Shown here: positions 40,025 to 49,609 of the stretch, piece by piece
Layout of the letters: each line of letters starts with the position of its first letter
How positions within the stretch are numbered: position 1 is the stretch's first letter
Assembly (NCBI GenBank): GCA_037481775.1
Contig: JBBFKZ010000003.1
Span: 1 to 64,000, forward strand
Source of the DNA: Candidatus Bathyarchaeia archaeon
GTDB taxonomy: Archaea; Thermoproteota; Bathyarchaeia; Bathyarchaeales; Bathycorpusculaceae
DNA: 64,000 bases
Reading direction: 5' to 3'
Position numbers and translations under genes: made by a program
The notes under the pieces: generated by a model
Seen by the model: only the letters and a program-made list of their open reading frames with translations
Told to the model about the DNA's origin: nothing
Databases searched by the model: none

Positions 40025-41473
40025 TTAGGTGTTTTTCCAGAAAAGGTAACCTTTCGTCTGTAGAAGAAAACCGCATACCTTTATTAAGCGTGCAAGCCTT
40101 TCAAGGCTGGCTTTCACCGCTTCTTCTGCGTATGCTTGCTTTTTCCCGAAGGGCATGTGGCAGAAAAAGTATTTCATAAACCGTGCGTGGCAATATTTAA
40201 CAAACGCCTCTCTTATCAACTGTATCTGTTCAGGGCTTAGGCTTTGCAGCTTGCCATAAACGTATTTCTCGCTGCCTAACAATTGAATGTTGAAGCTGAG
40301 CCGCCGAAGAGTTTCAGCTATGGCTAAGGCTTCTTTTGGAGGAGGCTGCTCGGCTATTTTTCGCATTCCAGCCTTTTCCGCGAAAGGGTTGTATTTCGCC
40401 ATGACTGCTGGCATTTCCACATAGGGCGTTCCAGCAAGGGATAGAGTTTCCTTTACAAGCTTAACGCCTAAACCTATAGCGCGGTATTTTGGATGCACGA
40501 CTACACGGCTTATAGTGCTCACTTTCTCGTTTAGCTCTTTCATACCCATTTTAGGCAGAACAAGCCTTCTTCCGAAACATGTTGGTGGCGGATACGCGTA
40601 AACGATTACTCCGCAAAGCTCGTCGCCACGTTTAAGGCTGAAGATTCTGCGAGGCGCAGCTATTTTGTGGCTGCGGTAATGGAAGCCCGCCAGCCTACGC
40701 CAGTCTTCTGTTGTGCCCTGTTCTACTCGCATTTCTTTGACGAGGCTGCATTCTTTAGCCGACTGATTGGGGTAATAGCGGATATCTATTTCTTTGCCGA
40801 ATTTTTTATAGATATAAACTGAAGGGTTAAGGTCCTCAAATAAGTCAGTATGCGTTGTCGCTGCTAGAACAGCTTTGCCCTGCTGCCTCGCCAGCTTCTG
40901 AAGATTGTAAGCCACGATTTTAGCGGTGTCCCTGTCCAATGTTGCCGCAAACTCGTCCAAAATCCAAAACTGCGCTTGGTTTTCTATCATTTTGGCGATT
41001 TTATATCTGTATTTTTGTCCGTCGCTCAGCTGCTCATAACTCCTTAGGAACAGGAATGCGTCGTTCAGGCCTACTCTGCTGAGAAGCTCAAGTGCTTCCT
41101 CAAGACTTTTGCCAACAGTTTCGATTAAAGGCTTGTTTGGTTCAGGCTTGATGTCTGCTATGTTTATGCATTTTAAGCCTAAATCTTGGCGAATATCCTT
41201 CTCCAAAGCCTTGAGCAGAACGGATTTGCCTGAGCCGCTGTCGCCCGTGATGTAGACAATGTCTGTTGGCCCTATCTTCAGCTCTGCGTTGTCGTAGATT
41301 ACGAATTTTTGCCACTGGTCAAGGCCGAGGCCGAAGGCTTCAGCTACGCCTACAACTCTTTCCGTCGGTTCCAGTGCAGCGGTTTCATAGGCTATGTTTA
41401 TGGTGAATTTGCCGGTTTTGCGGTCGTATTTTCTGCTGACTTGACGTATGCGGAAAAATTCTCGGGTTTTCAA
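40025..41473 (-). CDS. ABC-type ATPase fused to GNAT acetyltransferase
   Basis: GDSGSGKS, LSDGQKYR, ILDEF, TTH; then HY and ISRVVVHPKYRAIGLG acetyl-CoA motif; no TM domain. Confidence 0.85.
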   Translation of the reverse strand: MKTREFFRIRQVSRKYDRKTGKFTINIAYETAALEPTERVVGVAEAFGLGLDQWQKFVIYDNAELKIGPTDIVYITGDSGSGKSVLLKALEKDIRQDLGLKCINIADIKPEPNKPLIETVGKSLEEALELLSRVGLNDAFLFLRSYEQLSDGQKYRYKIAKMIENQAQFWILDEFAATLDRDTAKIVAYNLQKLARQQGKAVLAATTHTDLFEDLNPSVYIYKKFGKEIDIRYYPNQSAKECSLVKEMRVEQGTTEDWRRLAGFHYRSHKIAAPRRIFSLKRGDELCGVIVYAYPPPTCFGRRLVLPKMGMKELNEKVSTISRVVVHPKYRAIGLGVKLVKETLSLAGTPYVEMPAVMAKYNPFAEKAGMRKIAEQPPPKEALAIAETLRRLSFNIQLLGSEKYVYGKLQSLSPEQIQLIREAFVKYCHARFMKYFFCHMPFGKKQAYAEEAVKASLERLARLIKVCGFLLQTKGYLFWKNT

Positions 41474-41498
41474 GATGGTCTACGGGCTCCTCGTTTGG

Positions 41499-42170
41499 TT
41501 ATGCGAATGTGAATGTTAATCGCCATTCAACGGTTAATGGCACGCTTGGGTTCACTTGGAAAGCGGTGAAGTCTCCGTCCGCCGCGCTCAATCGGCTGAA
41601 GAGGGCTGTGGCTGCGCCATTAAAGCCTGTCCAGCCGAAGCTCTGCAAGGCTGTCTGCAAATAGAGGTATAGGCCTATTTCTGAAACTGTTATGGCGGTT
41701 AGGGTTCCAGCGTTCCATGTGGCTGTCCAGGCGACGCGGTATGTTCCGCCTCCCGGTGAGCTGGTGGCGCCTGACTGGCTGTCTGGCGGCGTTGAAACAG
41801 GCGTGGTTAGCCCAGTCGTGGTTCCTTGGGTTATGTTGCCTCCTGTGCCCAGCCGCATGTAGCTGTAGGTTTTGCCTGTCCAATCACGGGAAAACAGGTA
41901 GTACGGTCCTGAGCTGCCTGTCTGCGAGGCTGCAAGCGCGTTTATCATGTGGATTAGGCCTTGGTTGACTATGTGTCCTTTGCTTGCAAACTTTAGTTTT
42001 TTGTTTTTGCCTTCGCCCTCATAGACTAATACTTCGTCGGTGACTTTGACTATGTCGCCGAAAGTGTTGCGGCGCTTCAGCAGATCCTTCAGCTTCTGTT
42101 TGGAAAGGCAGATTTGCCGTTTCAAAGCATTGTATTCCACCAATGTCAAAGGTCTTTTTGGCATGTTCAT
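41499..42170 (-). CDS. Putative tail tip/fibre-associated structural protein
   Basis: IVNQGL...YMRLGTG...SEIGL...RL...LTVEW motifs typical of tail-fibre/baseplate domains; end of the tail operon. Confidence 0.55.
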   Translation of the reverse strand: MNMPKRPLTLVEYNALKRQICLSKQKLKDLLKRRNTFGDIVKVTDEVLVYEGEGKNKKLKFASKGHIVNQGLIHMINALAASQTGSSGPYYLFSRDWTGKTYSYMRLGTGGNITQGTTTGLTTPVSTPPDSQSGATSSPGGGTYRVAWTATWNAGTLTAITVSEIGLYLYLQTALQSFGWTGFNGAATALFSRLSAADGDFTAFQVNPSVPLTVEWRLTFTFA

Positions 42171-42194
42171 TTTGGCGTTTTCACCTCCCCTTTT

Positions 42195-42446
42195 TTAGCT
42201 GTTTGTGATTGTCCAGGACTCGGAAAGGCTGGGTGTGTCGTCTCCTGTTTTTCCAGTGCCGAGAAGCACCGTTTCCGACCACGCTGGAACATCTTCGAAC
42301 TTTGACGTGTCGCCTAAAACGATCTGTTCTTGAGGCGTTGGCTTGTCGCCTATGCTTCCGCGCATGTAAGCTATGAAGCCGCCTTCCTGTCCCATGTTCC
42401 AGCTGTTGGCTTTTCCCTCAAATCCTCTCACAACTTCAACGGGCAT
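42195..42446 (-). CDS. Small hypothetical viral protein
   Basis: In the tail operon, with GAAGGTGA upstream. Confidence 0.6.
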   Translation of the reverse strand: MPVEVVRGFEGKANSWNMGQEGGFIAYMRGSIGDKPTPQEQIVLGDTSKFEDVPAWSETVLLGTGKTGDDTPSLSESWTITNS

Positions 42447-42456
42447 GGTGTCACCT

Positions 42457-44559
42457 TCACGTGTTCATAATTGCCAGATCCTCTTGCAGGCTTGGAGCGT
42501 CTTCTCCAGCGATGTTTTCGTTCATGCTGTAGGCGTGTGTTTCAAGGTAGAGGCAGGTTTCGCCGATTTGTTTTCCTCCGCCATGGTTTAGGTAAACGGA
42601 TTCAACCATGCTGAATTCAAGCTGGCGCCTTTCGCTTATCAGCCAAGCCATGGGCCAACTGTTACTGTAAACCTGATCTTCACAGCGGCTCAGCTCAACA
42701 GGGTTGAAGAAAATGGCGTCTGCCACAAGCATCTGCTCATTGGCGGGTAGAAAGCCATTAGTAATATCCGTTAAAACAAAGCCGTATGGCTCTTCTTGTG
42801 GCTCTTCTGTTTCGCCTGGGCCAACAGCGGGAATGCTGTACGCAGCTTCATGATAGGCGACGAGGGCGTCTGCCAGCTTGAAGCCCCTGTCCTGGAATAG
42901 AACGGTTGTTCTAACGCTTTTAGCTGAGAAGCTCCATTCGACGCTTTTAACTTCGCCGTTGTAATTGTTTAAGCCGACTTCAGTGTTGGTTATGCTTGCG
43001 ATGCAGTAAAGGTCTATGGGCACGATGTGCGGTGTTGTAAGCGCGATTTCCTTTTTCAGCTCCTTGTATTTTTGGAGCAAGCCTTCGGCTTTGGCTTGGG
43101 TAGCCGCTTGGCTGGACAGGCTGATGTCCCGGAAGGTTTTGTCTCTTCGCCAGTAGAGGCTTTCGCTTGACGCGTCATGCGCCGTGTACTCGTAGGGCAC
43201 GCCTGAAACGGTTTTGCCCACTTGGCGCACGTAGTTTATGACTTCGTCGATTTCGCGGTTGCTTATGCTTAGCTGGTCGCTTTTGCCCTTGAACGGTAAG
43301 CTGCTTACGCTGCGGGCTTGGCTAAGCGGAATGAAATAGACGTCTTTGTTATAGTCTACGCCCCAGACGTAGGCGTTTGCGTCTGCCAGTTCCTTTATTA
43401 TTTTTGCTACGCTTACGGCGTGGTATTCTGCGCTTGTGGTTACGCCGTCTGCCACGTTGTCAGCTGTGAACACGTCTTCAAAATAGGTTTCTATGAGGTC
43501 TTTAACTATGCTGCCGCATTTTTTGTTTATGTAAATCTTGTTGTAGGCTTCTCGGAAATCCAGCCTTTTCGCGTAGCCGCTGCTGCTTTCCACTTTAAGC
43601 CTTGAAGGCGGATAAGTGCGCTCAGGCGCCTCAATATAGCCTCTGAAAAGCAGGTAAAGCACCGCTTCGGTTCCAGCCCTTATCTCAATTTCGGTTTTCA
43701 CGCCCAGCTCAGCGTATTTGTTTCCCTCGTTCCGCAGCGTCAGCGAAGCCTGAGGGTGGCTGCCGTCACGCAGCGTTACCTTGAAGTCGATTACGTCGTC
43801 GGTTATGACGCGTTTAACCGTGCCAGTTACAGCCGTGACAACTGCCTTGGCTTTGCGGGATTGGTTTCCGAAGACATAGAAGCCCCTAACGTAAAACTCG
43901 ATTGAGCCTGACGCTTGTGCCATGGCGCTTAAGCAGCAGCGCAGCGTTCCTGAGAGGCTTTGGTCGCACCAGTCGCTAACCTGCCAGACTGTCATGCCGT
44001 TTGAAGCCTGCCTGATTGTTAAGGCTATGTTGAGTTTGCGGGTGTCCGCCGTGTAAGGCGTTACTTCCATCTCGATTAGGTATTCGGTGCCTAAGCTCCA
44101 TGTAGCGTCTGAAGTATGCGTCTTAGGCGCGTAGTCTTGGCTTAAGGCCAGTTTAAACTTGTAGTCGTCTGCTGTGCCGCTGACTATGGCGACCCACATG
44201 CCGTAAATGCTTGTGCCCAAAAAGTGTCCGTCACGCACGTCAGGCGACATGAGGTAAAGGTAAAAGCCGTAGTCCGTAGGCTTTACGGCTACTCGGGTTT
44301 TGAAGGGCACTTTGAACTCGGCTCGGCTCATGAGGTTGACGCCGCCCCAGCCGTTGCTGTCCACGGCAGCAGCGAACAGGCAGCCCTCTTCAGTGGGCGT
44401 TATCACTGCGGTGGAAAACTGTACGCTTGGGTTTTCCCGAGTGTAGAACATGGACCATTTGCCCCTGTCAGGCGGGTAGTCTCCAGAGCCCGTGAACGCG
44501 TCTTTGAAGAGCAGGTTCTTGTATTTCGCCACTTTACTCGTAGCCTCCCATGTCGTCAA
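42457..44559 (-). CDS. Baseplate hub/tail tip protein with N-terminal beta-sandwich
   Basis: Second gene after tape measure; LFRGYIE, IIKELADANAYVWGVD..YF and INYV hub-like motifs. Confidence 0.6.
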   Translation of the reverse strand: MTTWEATSKVAKYKNLLFKDAFTGSGDYPPDRGKWSMFYTRENPSVQFSTAVITPTEEGCLFAAAVDSNGWGGVNLMSRAEFKVPFKTRVAVKPTDYGFYLYLMSPDVRDGHFLGTSIYGMWVAIVSGTADDYKFKLALSQDYAPKTHTSDATWSLGTEYLIEMEVTPYTADTRKLNIALTIRQASNGMTVWQVSDWCDQSLSGTLRCCLSAMAQASGSIEFYVRGFYVFGNQSRKAKAVVTAVTGTVKRVITDDVIDFKVTLRDGSHPQASLTLRNEGNKYAELGVKTEIEIRAGTEAVLYLLFRGYIEAPERTYPPSRLKVESSSGYAKRLDFREAYNKIYINKKCGSIVKDLIETYFEDVFTADNVADGVTTSAEYHAVSVAKIIKELADANAYVWGVDYNKDVYFIPLSQARSVSSLPFKGKSDQLSISNREIDEVINYVRQVGKTVSGVPYEYTAHDASSESLYWRRDKTFRDISLSSQAATQAKAEGLLQKYKELKKEIALTTPHIVPIDLYCIASITNTEVGLNNYNGEVKSVEWSFSAKSVRTTVLFQDRGFKLADALVAYHEAAYSIPAVGPGETEEPQEEPYGFVLTDITNGFLPANEQMLVADAIFFNPVELSRCEDQVYSNSWPMAWLISERRQLEFSMVESVYLNHGGGKQIGETCLYLETHAYSMNENIAGEDAPSLQEDLAIMNT

Positions 44560-45343
44560 CTGCGAAAAAGTAGCTCCGCGCCTGATTCTTGGTGATGGCG
44601 AATTTGATTTTGCTCAGCTGGCTCCAGTCAACCGCGTCGTAGTCTGCGAATTGGGTTTTGTGGATGCGGATTCTACGCCACTCATCAGCCGCAGCCAACT
44701 CAGCTATAAAATCATAATAAGCTTCGTTCTCGCCTTCTTGGACGGTTACAACCGCGCTGCTGATGGCTGCGACATCGTTTATCAGGAAGGCGAAGCTTAT
44801 CCAGTCAAAGTCTTCAAGGTTGAATGTGTCCACAGGCTCATAAGCCACGTTTAATTCTTCGTCTGCTTCGGCGTCGTGGCTGACTTTAAGGCAGCCTCTA
44901 CCCTCGAAAGGCAATGGCTGGCTTTCGGCTATAGTTACAGACGCGCCTTCCGTGGCGGTGAACCAGCTTGTTATGGCGTCGCATGCGTTAACCTGTTTGA
45001 ACATGCTTTCTTTTAGCGTGAGGCTGTAGCGGAGAAAGTTGAAGCCTGTTTTGGCGAGTTTTACTTCTCGTATGAAAACTACTGTTTGCGCCACGTCACA
45101 GTCCATTTTTAGGCTTTGTCCAAGCTGGCAGACGCGTTGTAGCTGTCTGAAATCGTTGAATCTTGAAGGCCCTGTCAGAACTCCTGAAAGCTGTATTTCT
45201 GTTGCGTGTTCGCCGAGGTCTTGGGTGCTGCTGCCTCTTGCAGCTGGCAAATCCACGTCTTCAAACCGTTTAGAGTTGGAAAAGTTGAAGTCGGCTACTA
45301 TGCCAAGGTTTAGGTTGCCAAGCGTTACAGTCAAAGCTTTCAC
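44534..45343 (-). CDS. Distal tail (Dit/GpU-like) protein with carbohydrate-binding-like domain
   Basis: Follows tape measure; QDLG...IQLSG motif; C-terminal WRRIRI...F...VDWSQL...VDD domain. Confidence 0.55.
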   Translation of the reverse strand: MKALTVTLGNLNLGIVADFNFSNSKRFEDVDLPAARGSSTQDLGEHATEIQLSGVLTGPSRFNDFRQLQRVCQLGQSLKMDCDVAQTVVFIREVKLAKTGFNFLRYSLTLKESMFKQVNACDAITSWFTATEGASVTIAESQPLPFEGRGCLKVSHDAEADEELNVAYEPVDTFNLEDFDWISFAFLINDVAAISSAVVTVQEGENEAYYDFIAELAAADEWRRIRIHKTQFADYDAVDWSQLSKIKFAITKNQARSYFFAVDDMGGYE

Positions 45344-47025
45344 CTTGCCACAAAGAACGTTTGCGCCCGCAAGTCGCGTCGGACAATTGCGCTTAGCTCG
45401 TTGTAAACTGCCTCTGCGAACTCGCGTGGGTCCTGCGGCGCTATGCTGCCTTCTGGAAAGTTGAATGTGGGCGCTAAAACAAGTGTTTGGCTGCCTGCAG
45501 GTGTGGATCCAACTGCTGCTGGGTTTGGGCCTAAAGCTGGAGCCTTTAATTCTGCTCCGAAGCTTTTAATGGTGCCATAAGCGGTGTTCATGGCTTCTTC
45601 CACGGCGTCGTTGAAAACTGAGAGGCTTTTCCTGCTGGATTCCACTGCGTTTCCAATTGCATGAGCGAAACACACTTTGCCGATGAAGCTGCTTATGCTG
45701 TTCCAGGCATCGCTCATGGCGCCGCCGACGTTGCTTGCGAAATTGTTTAGGGCGTTTCCAGCAGAGTTTACAGCATTTCCAACTGCGCTTGCTATTCCGC
45801 CTGCAGCGTTCTTGATAGTGTTGACTGCTCCGCTGACGGTGTTGACTATGCTGTTCCAGATTTTTCCAGCTGTGTCAGCTAAACCTGAAAAGAAGCCGCC
45901 TATGGTGTTGCAGAAGTCTTTCACCGTGCCTATAAGCGGAGCCACAACCGTGTTCCAAACGCTTACTATGCCCTTGCAAAGGTCTGTCCAGACGCTTCCG
46001 CCGACCAGCCATCCGAACAGGGCTTTGAAGGCGCCGTAAACCGTGTCGCAGAACCATTTAACCGCGTCTACTATTGGCTTGATGAAGGTATTCCAAGCCC
46101 AGCTTACGCCGCTGCATATAGCGTTCCAAACGTCGCCCAACGCCTTAGTGACGTCGCTCCAGTGTTGAATTAGATAGGCTATTGTTGTTATGGGGCCGAA
46201 AAGCGCCGCCAATATAGGGTTGCTCGTGATAGTGTCCCAGAGGGTTTTCAAGACGCCTATGAAAGGCTGCACAACGTTTTGCCAAAGCCAAGTTAAAGCG
46301 CCTACTACAGCGTCAATTGCTGGCTTAAAAAAGTTGTAAATTGCTTGCCCAATAGCGTTTATCGCGTTGCGGAAGGGCTCGCAAGTCTGGTATGCGGTTA
46401 TTAGGGCTCCAACGACAAGACCAATAGCCATAACCACAGCCATCAACGGGTTTGCCGCCAAAAACGCTGTAGCCGAGTTAACAAGGTTTACGGCGCCATG
46501 AAAGTTTTGGAAAACCTTTACTCCACTGTCAACCATTGTTATAACGGTTGGAATGACGGTTAAGGCGCTTTGCACCATAGCCTCGTTCAGGTTTCCCTGA
46601 ATCATGCTGGCGCGTTCAACCGCCACCTGATACCTTTCTTGGGCGACTGTGAGGTCTGCTGCTGCAGCCCGTGCCTGTTCGCTGTCGACGCCATATTTTT
46701 CTACGGCAGCGTTATACCGGCGTTGAGCATCTTCCAAAGCGTTTAGGCTTGTTTTAACTTGCAGGTTTGCCCTGTCAACGCTGACTTGCATGTCGGCTAC
46801 GCGGTCGTAAGCGTTGTAGAGGGCGAAGGCGCCTGTGGCTAATCCGCTGAAGCCTGTTACGAGGCTTCTGACGCTTGCGTTGGTTTTTTCCTGTTCCGCT
46901 GTTACAGTCTTGTTTGCCTCTTCCACTTGCCTCATGCTTTCGGTTATCTGTTTGCCAGCTTCCGCTACGGTTTTGCTTGCCTCATCTGTGGCTCGCAATA
47001 CAACGTTTACGTTTATTTCGCTCAT
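45340..47025 (-). CDS. Tail tape measure protein
   Basis: INVVLRATDEAS N-terminus, ANP, Trp/Phe-spaced amphipathic repeats; follows the chaperone. Confidence 0.9.
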   Translation of the reverse strand: MSEINVNVVLRATDEASKTVAEAGKQITESMRQVEEANKTVTAEQEKTNASVRSLVTGFSGLATGAFALYNAYDRVADMQVSVDRANLQVKTSLNALEDAQRRYNAAVEKYGVDSEQARAAAADLTVAQERYQVAVERASMIQGNLNEAMVQSALTVIPTVITMVDSGVKVFQNFHGAVNLVNSATAFLAANPLMAVVMAIGLVVGALITAYQTCEPFRNAINAIGQAIYNFFKPAIDAVVGALTWLWQNVVQPFIGVLKTLWDTITSNPILAALFGPITTIAYLIQHWSDVTKALGDVWNAICSGVSWAWNTFIKPIVDAVKWFCDTVYGAFKALFGWLVGGSVWTDLCKGIVSVWNTVVAPLIGTVKDFCNTIGGFFSGLADTAGKIWNSIVNTVSGAVNTIKNAAGGIASAVGNAVNSAGNALNNFASNVGGAMSDAWNSISSFIGKVCFAHAIGNAVESSRKSLSVFNDAVEEAMNTAYGTIKSFGAELKAPALGPNPAAVGSTPAGSQTLVLAPTFNFPEGSIAPQDPREFAEAVYNELSAIVRRDLRAQTFFVAR

Positions 47026-47194
47026 TCACTTTTGCCTCTTGCCCATTCCAGCCAAGCAGCCAAGAAGCCTATTTGGAAAGGCGTTAAACCTGCGATGTAT
47101 TCAAGCGGGTAGCCGTATTCATGGGCTATCAAGCCAATGAGTTGGGCTTCACTGTTGGCGTCGATCCATTCTATGGCGGAGTCTGCTGTTGGGC
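47022..47194 (-). CDS. gpT-like extension of the tail assembly chaperone, reached by -1 frameshift
   Basis: The -1 frame after T TTT TTA (47195-47201) reads SPTADSAIEW...IAHEYGYPLEYIAGLTPFQIGFL...KSE*, with its stop overlapping the tape measure ATG. Confidence 0.8.
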
Positions 47195-47551
47195 TAAAAA
47201 ACGCGGAAACACCTGTGACAGGCGAGTGGCAAGTATGGCTTTTACGTGGAAAGGTAAAGCTTCAAATTCTTCCCAGGAAAGGTCTGGCTCTGCTTTCCGC
47301 AGCATGGCATGGATTACGCGGTAAAACTTCTCCTCATTGTCTTCAACGGTTTCAAGATTTAAGGCTTTAAACTCTTTCCACGTTAAGAGCCCATACCTGA
47401 TCTCGCCAAGCTCCTGGTCGTATATTGTGTGGATTTTGCGTGTGTCTTCAGCCAATGCTTTAGGATCGAAACGCTTCGCTTTCTCTGCCTTTTCCGCTTC
47501 GTAGGCTTCAAGCTGCCGCCTGTACTCGGCGATTTTGCCCTGTTCAGCCAA
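47171..47551 (-). CDS. Tail assembly chaperone (gpG-like)
   Basis: Between tail tube and tape measure; slippery heptamer near the 3' end. Confidence 0.8.
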   Translation of the reverse strand: MAEQGKIAEYRRQLEAYEAEKAEKAKRFDPKALAEDTRKIHTIYDQELGEIRYGLLTWKEFKALNLETVEDNEEKFYRVIHAMLRKAEPDLSWEEFEALPFHVKAILATRLSQVFPRFLAQQQTPP

Positions 47552-47574
47552 AGCTAACCAGCCCCCTTTTCTGG

Positions 47575-47979
47575 CTATCCTTGTTCTTCTATGGTTTCGA
47601 GCAGCAGGTCGTCGCCTTCGCCTTCCATGCTCTGCATAACTACGCCTGTAGGCTTCTGGTCAAGCTTCCACTTGGTGAAAATCACGTTTTTCACTGTTAT
47701 CTTCGGGTTTCCAGCAACATCGCCAGCAGGGTCCAGCTCAATGTCCACAGGGCTTCCAGCTTTAACGGTTTCCGCGTAAGCGTTGTCCACGTACATGGCT
47801 TCAATGCTGACCTTGTAGCTTTGGTTTCCAATAGCCAAAAACGCGGGTTTCTCGCTGTTTAACGCGTATTCCTTGATCAAGTCTATGTCAATGTTTATGC
47901 CTACGCCTTTAGCGTAGCCAATTTCCGTTTCGCCTTTCTTAACTACGCCTTTTCTGCCCAACACCGGCGTTGAACTCAA
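47575..47979 (-). CDS. Major tail tube protein
   Basis: 134-aa beta-rich protein in the canonical position; no sheath gene nearby. Confidence 0.7.
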   Translation of the reverse strand: MSSTPVLGRKGVVKKGETEIGYAKGVGINIDIDLIKEYALNSEKPAFLAIGNQSYKVSIEAMYVDNAYAETVKAGSPVDIELDPAGDVAGNPKITVKNVIFTKWKLDQKPTGVVMQSMEGEGDDLLLETIEEQG

Positions 47980-48056
47980 TTTTCCATCTTCACCCCATCT
48001 CTATTTTCGGTTTACAGCACGCCCTCAGCCGAGAAGCGTGTCTGCCCGAAAAGCTT

Positions 48057-48488
48057 CTAAGCCTTAACCGTCACCTCGCAGCGGAGCACAAGCCTTGCTG
48101 CGGCTATTACCTGCGAGACTTTGCCCCAGTCTGTGCCAACCGTCATGGTTTCACCTTCCATGCTTGCCGCTTGGCTGCCGCGGACTAAGCCGCCGAGCGT
48201 TGGGTCCTCAGCTAAAACTTGTTTGGCTCTTTCAATCTTGTCCATGACGCTTTGCAAGGCTACGTTGTCTTCTTGCGCAGTGTCGACTATGATTATGCTC
48301 CAAGTGTGTTGCCAAACCTCGTTGGCGAAGGTTTCCTGCTGCACTGGTCCGCCGTTCCAAACTGCATAGCAGAAAGGCGTCTGGTTTCGCGTGTAAGGCG
48401 GGCCGAAAAAGAAGTTGGCTTCTGGAATGCCCAATTCATTGTCAGCCTTTAAGAGGTTGAGGATTTTCTGGGTGATTTCCTTCAGCAC
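48057..48488 (-). CDS. Tail terminator/completion protein
   Basis: Position after the gp10-like gene; L..DPTLGGLV motif. Confidence 0.7.
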   Translation of the reverse strand: MLKEITQKILNLLKADNELGIPEANFFFGPPYTRNQTPFCYAVWNGGPVQQETFANEVWQHTWSIIIVDTAQEDNVALQSVMDKIERAKQVLAEDPTLGGLVRGSQAASMEGETMTVGTDWGKVSQVIAAARLVLRCEVTVKA

Positions 48489-48491
48489 TTT

Positions 48492-48695
48492 TCAATGCCT
48501 CTTGGATTTTTGTATCATTTCCATGATGGCTATGCGGTTGCGCACAGCCGTGTTAATATCGTCCAAAACGATTTCCTGCATCCACAAGGGCATACGCAAA
48601 ATCCTTGTACCAAGCTGCTCCCACATGCGCATCCATTTTTGGCGCAATGCAGACTCTCTGCCCCAACCTTCTAAAACTGTGACTTCAGCCATCAA
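48492..48695 (-). CDS. Small hypothetical viral protein
   Basis: Start overlaps the upstream stop; fills the operon gap. Confidence 0.55.
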   Translation of the reverse strand: MMAEVTVLEGWGRESALRQKWMRMWEQLGTRILRMPLWMQEIVLDDINTAVRNRIAIMEMIQKSKRH

Positions 48696-49141
48696 ACTTC
48701 ACCGTAGAAAAGTTGACAGTAAAGATTCAACACCAGCTCCTGAAGCTTTGGCAAACATTCTTCACTTGTGCTTTTAACGAAAAATCTTCCTGGAAAGCCT
48801 GGATGTTGCACTCTTTTGGCGAAGACTGCTTGTCCATCTATCTCGAAGGCTAAAATCGAAGCTTGGACAGGCTCGATGATGTGGGGTCTTGTGCCAAACT
48901 CAACGTAAGGTGCATAGGGGGCTGTGGAACCAACTTCGACAGTGTCTCCGCTTTTGTGGATTATTATGCTATCGCGTAGATAGCCTGTGCGGATTGGAGC
49001 TTTCATGCGCATGGTTTCAGCTATTAGGCTGCTGCTTCTGTCCAAAAACTCGTCAAACACTTTGGGCGCTTCACGTTTCACTCGCTCAACCCATTTTTGG
49101 AAGGGGTCCATGTCAAAGTCAACTTCAACCGAAACGGGCAT
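48692..49141 (-). CDS. HK97 gp10-like neck/tail-completion protein
   Basis: APIRTGYLRDSI, YAPYVEFGTRPH, HPG..GRFF motifs. Confidence 0.88.
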   Translation of the reverse strand: MPVSVEVDFDMDPFQKWVERVKREAPKVFDEFLDRSSSLIAETMRMKAPIRTGYLRDSIIIHKSGDTVEVGSTAPYAPYVEFGTRPHIIEPVQASILAFEIDGQAVFAKRVQHPGFPGRFFVKSTSEECLPKLQELVLNLYCQLFYGEV

Positions 49142-49142
49142 T

Positions 49143-49508
49143 TTAGGGGCCCTCCAGCAGGGTTATGCCGGCGCGTTTTCTGCGGTGGATAAAGTCGCGT
49201 ACTTGCTGTTTCAGGAACTCAAGCTGGGCGATTTTCTCCGCCGGCCCGTGAAAGGTTAGCTGTCCAAGGTTTACGCTCCAGCCTGTTGCACCTGAGCCTG
49301 TAACTTTCAAGTAGCAATATACAGCCGCGAGGTTCGCGACAGCGTTGGCTTCAGAAGGCGAACAGTCTTCAGCGTTGATGGTTTCGCCTGTTTCCTCGCT
49401 TAAGAAAGCGGCAGCCTCATCCCTAAACGCGAGGGCATCTTCATCGCTTATGTCCGCAGTTGTCAAGCCTAAACGTTTACGAATTTGGTCTGCTGTAACC
49501 GCCGCCAT
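49143..49508 (-). CDS. Head-tail adaptor (gp6/gp15-like)
   Basis: Helical ~120-aa protein (VTADQIRKRLGL...ISDE) leading the neck operon. Confidence 0.65.
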   Translation of the reverse strand: MAAVTADQIRKRLGLTTADISDEDALAFRDEAAAFLSEETGETINAEDCSPSEANAVANLAAVYCYLKVTGSGATGWSVNLGQLTFHGPAEKIAQLEFLKQQVRDFIHRRKRAGITLLEGP

Positions 49509-49551
49509 ATGCTTGTTCAACTAAAATAAGCGTTTAAAGTGGTTAAAAAGG

Positions 49552-49609
49552 AAATCTGAAATAGAATTTTAATTAAAATCCAATTTAATTAAATTATAAG
49601 TTCAGATTT
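49552..49609. promoter_or_regulatory. Divergent promoter/operator between the neck-tail and terminase operons
   Basis: AAATCTGAA...TTCAGATTT inverted repeat enclosing two 14-bp palindromes, ATTTTAATTAAAAT and AATTTAATTAAATT. Confidence 0.55.

Noticed and set aside
40025-41473. ABC transporter subunit
   Set aside because: No permease or binding-protein gene nearby, and the ATPase is fused to a GNAT domain.
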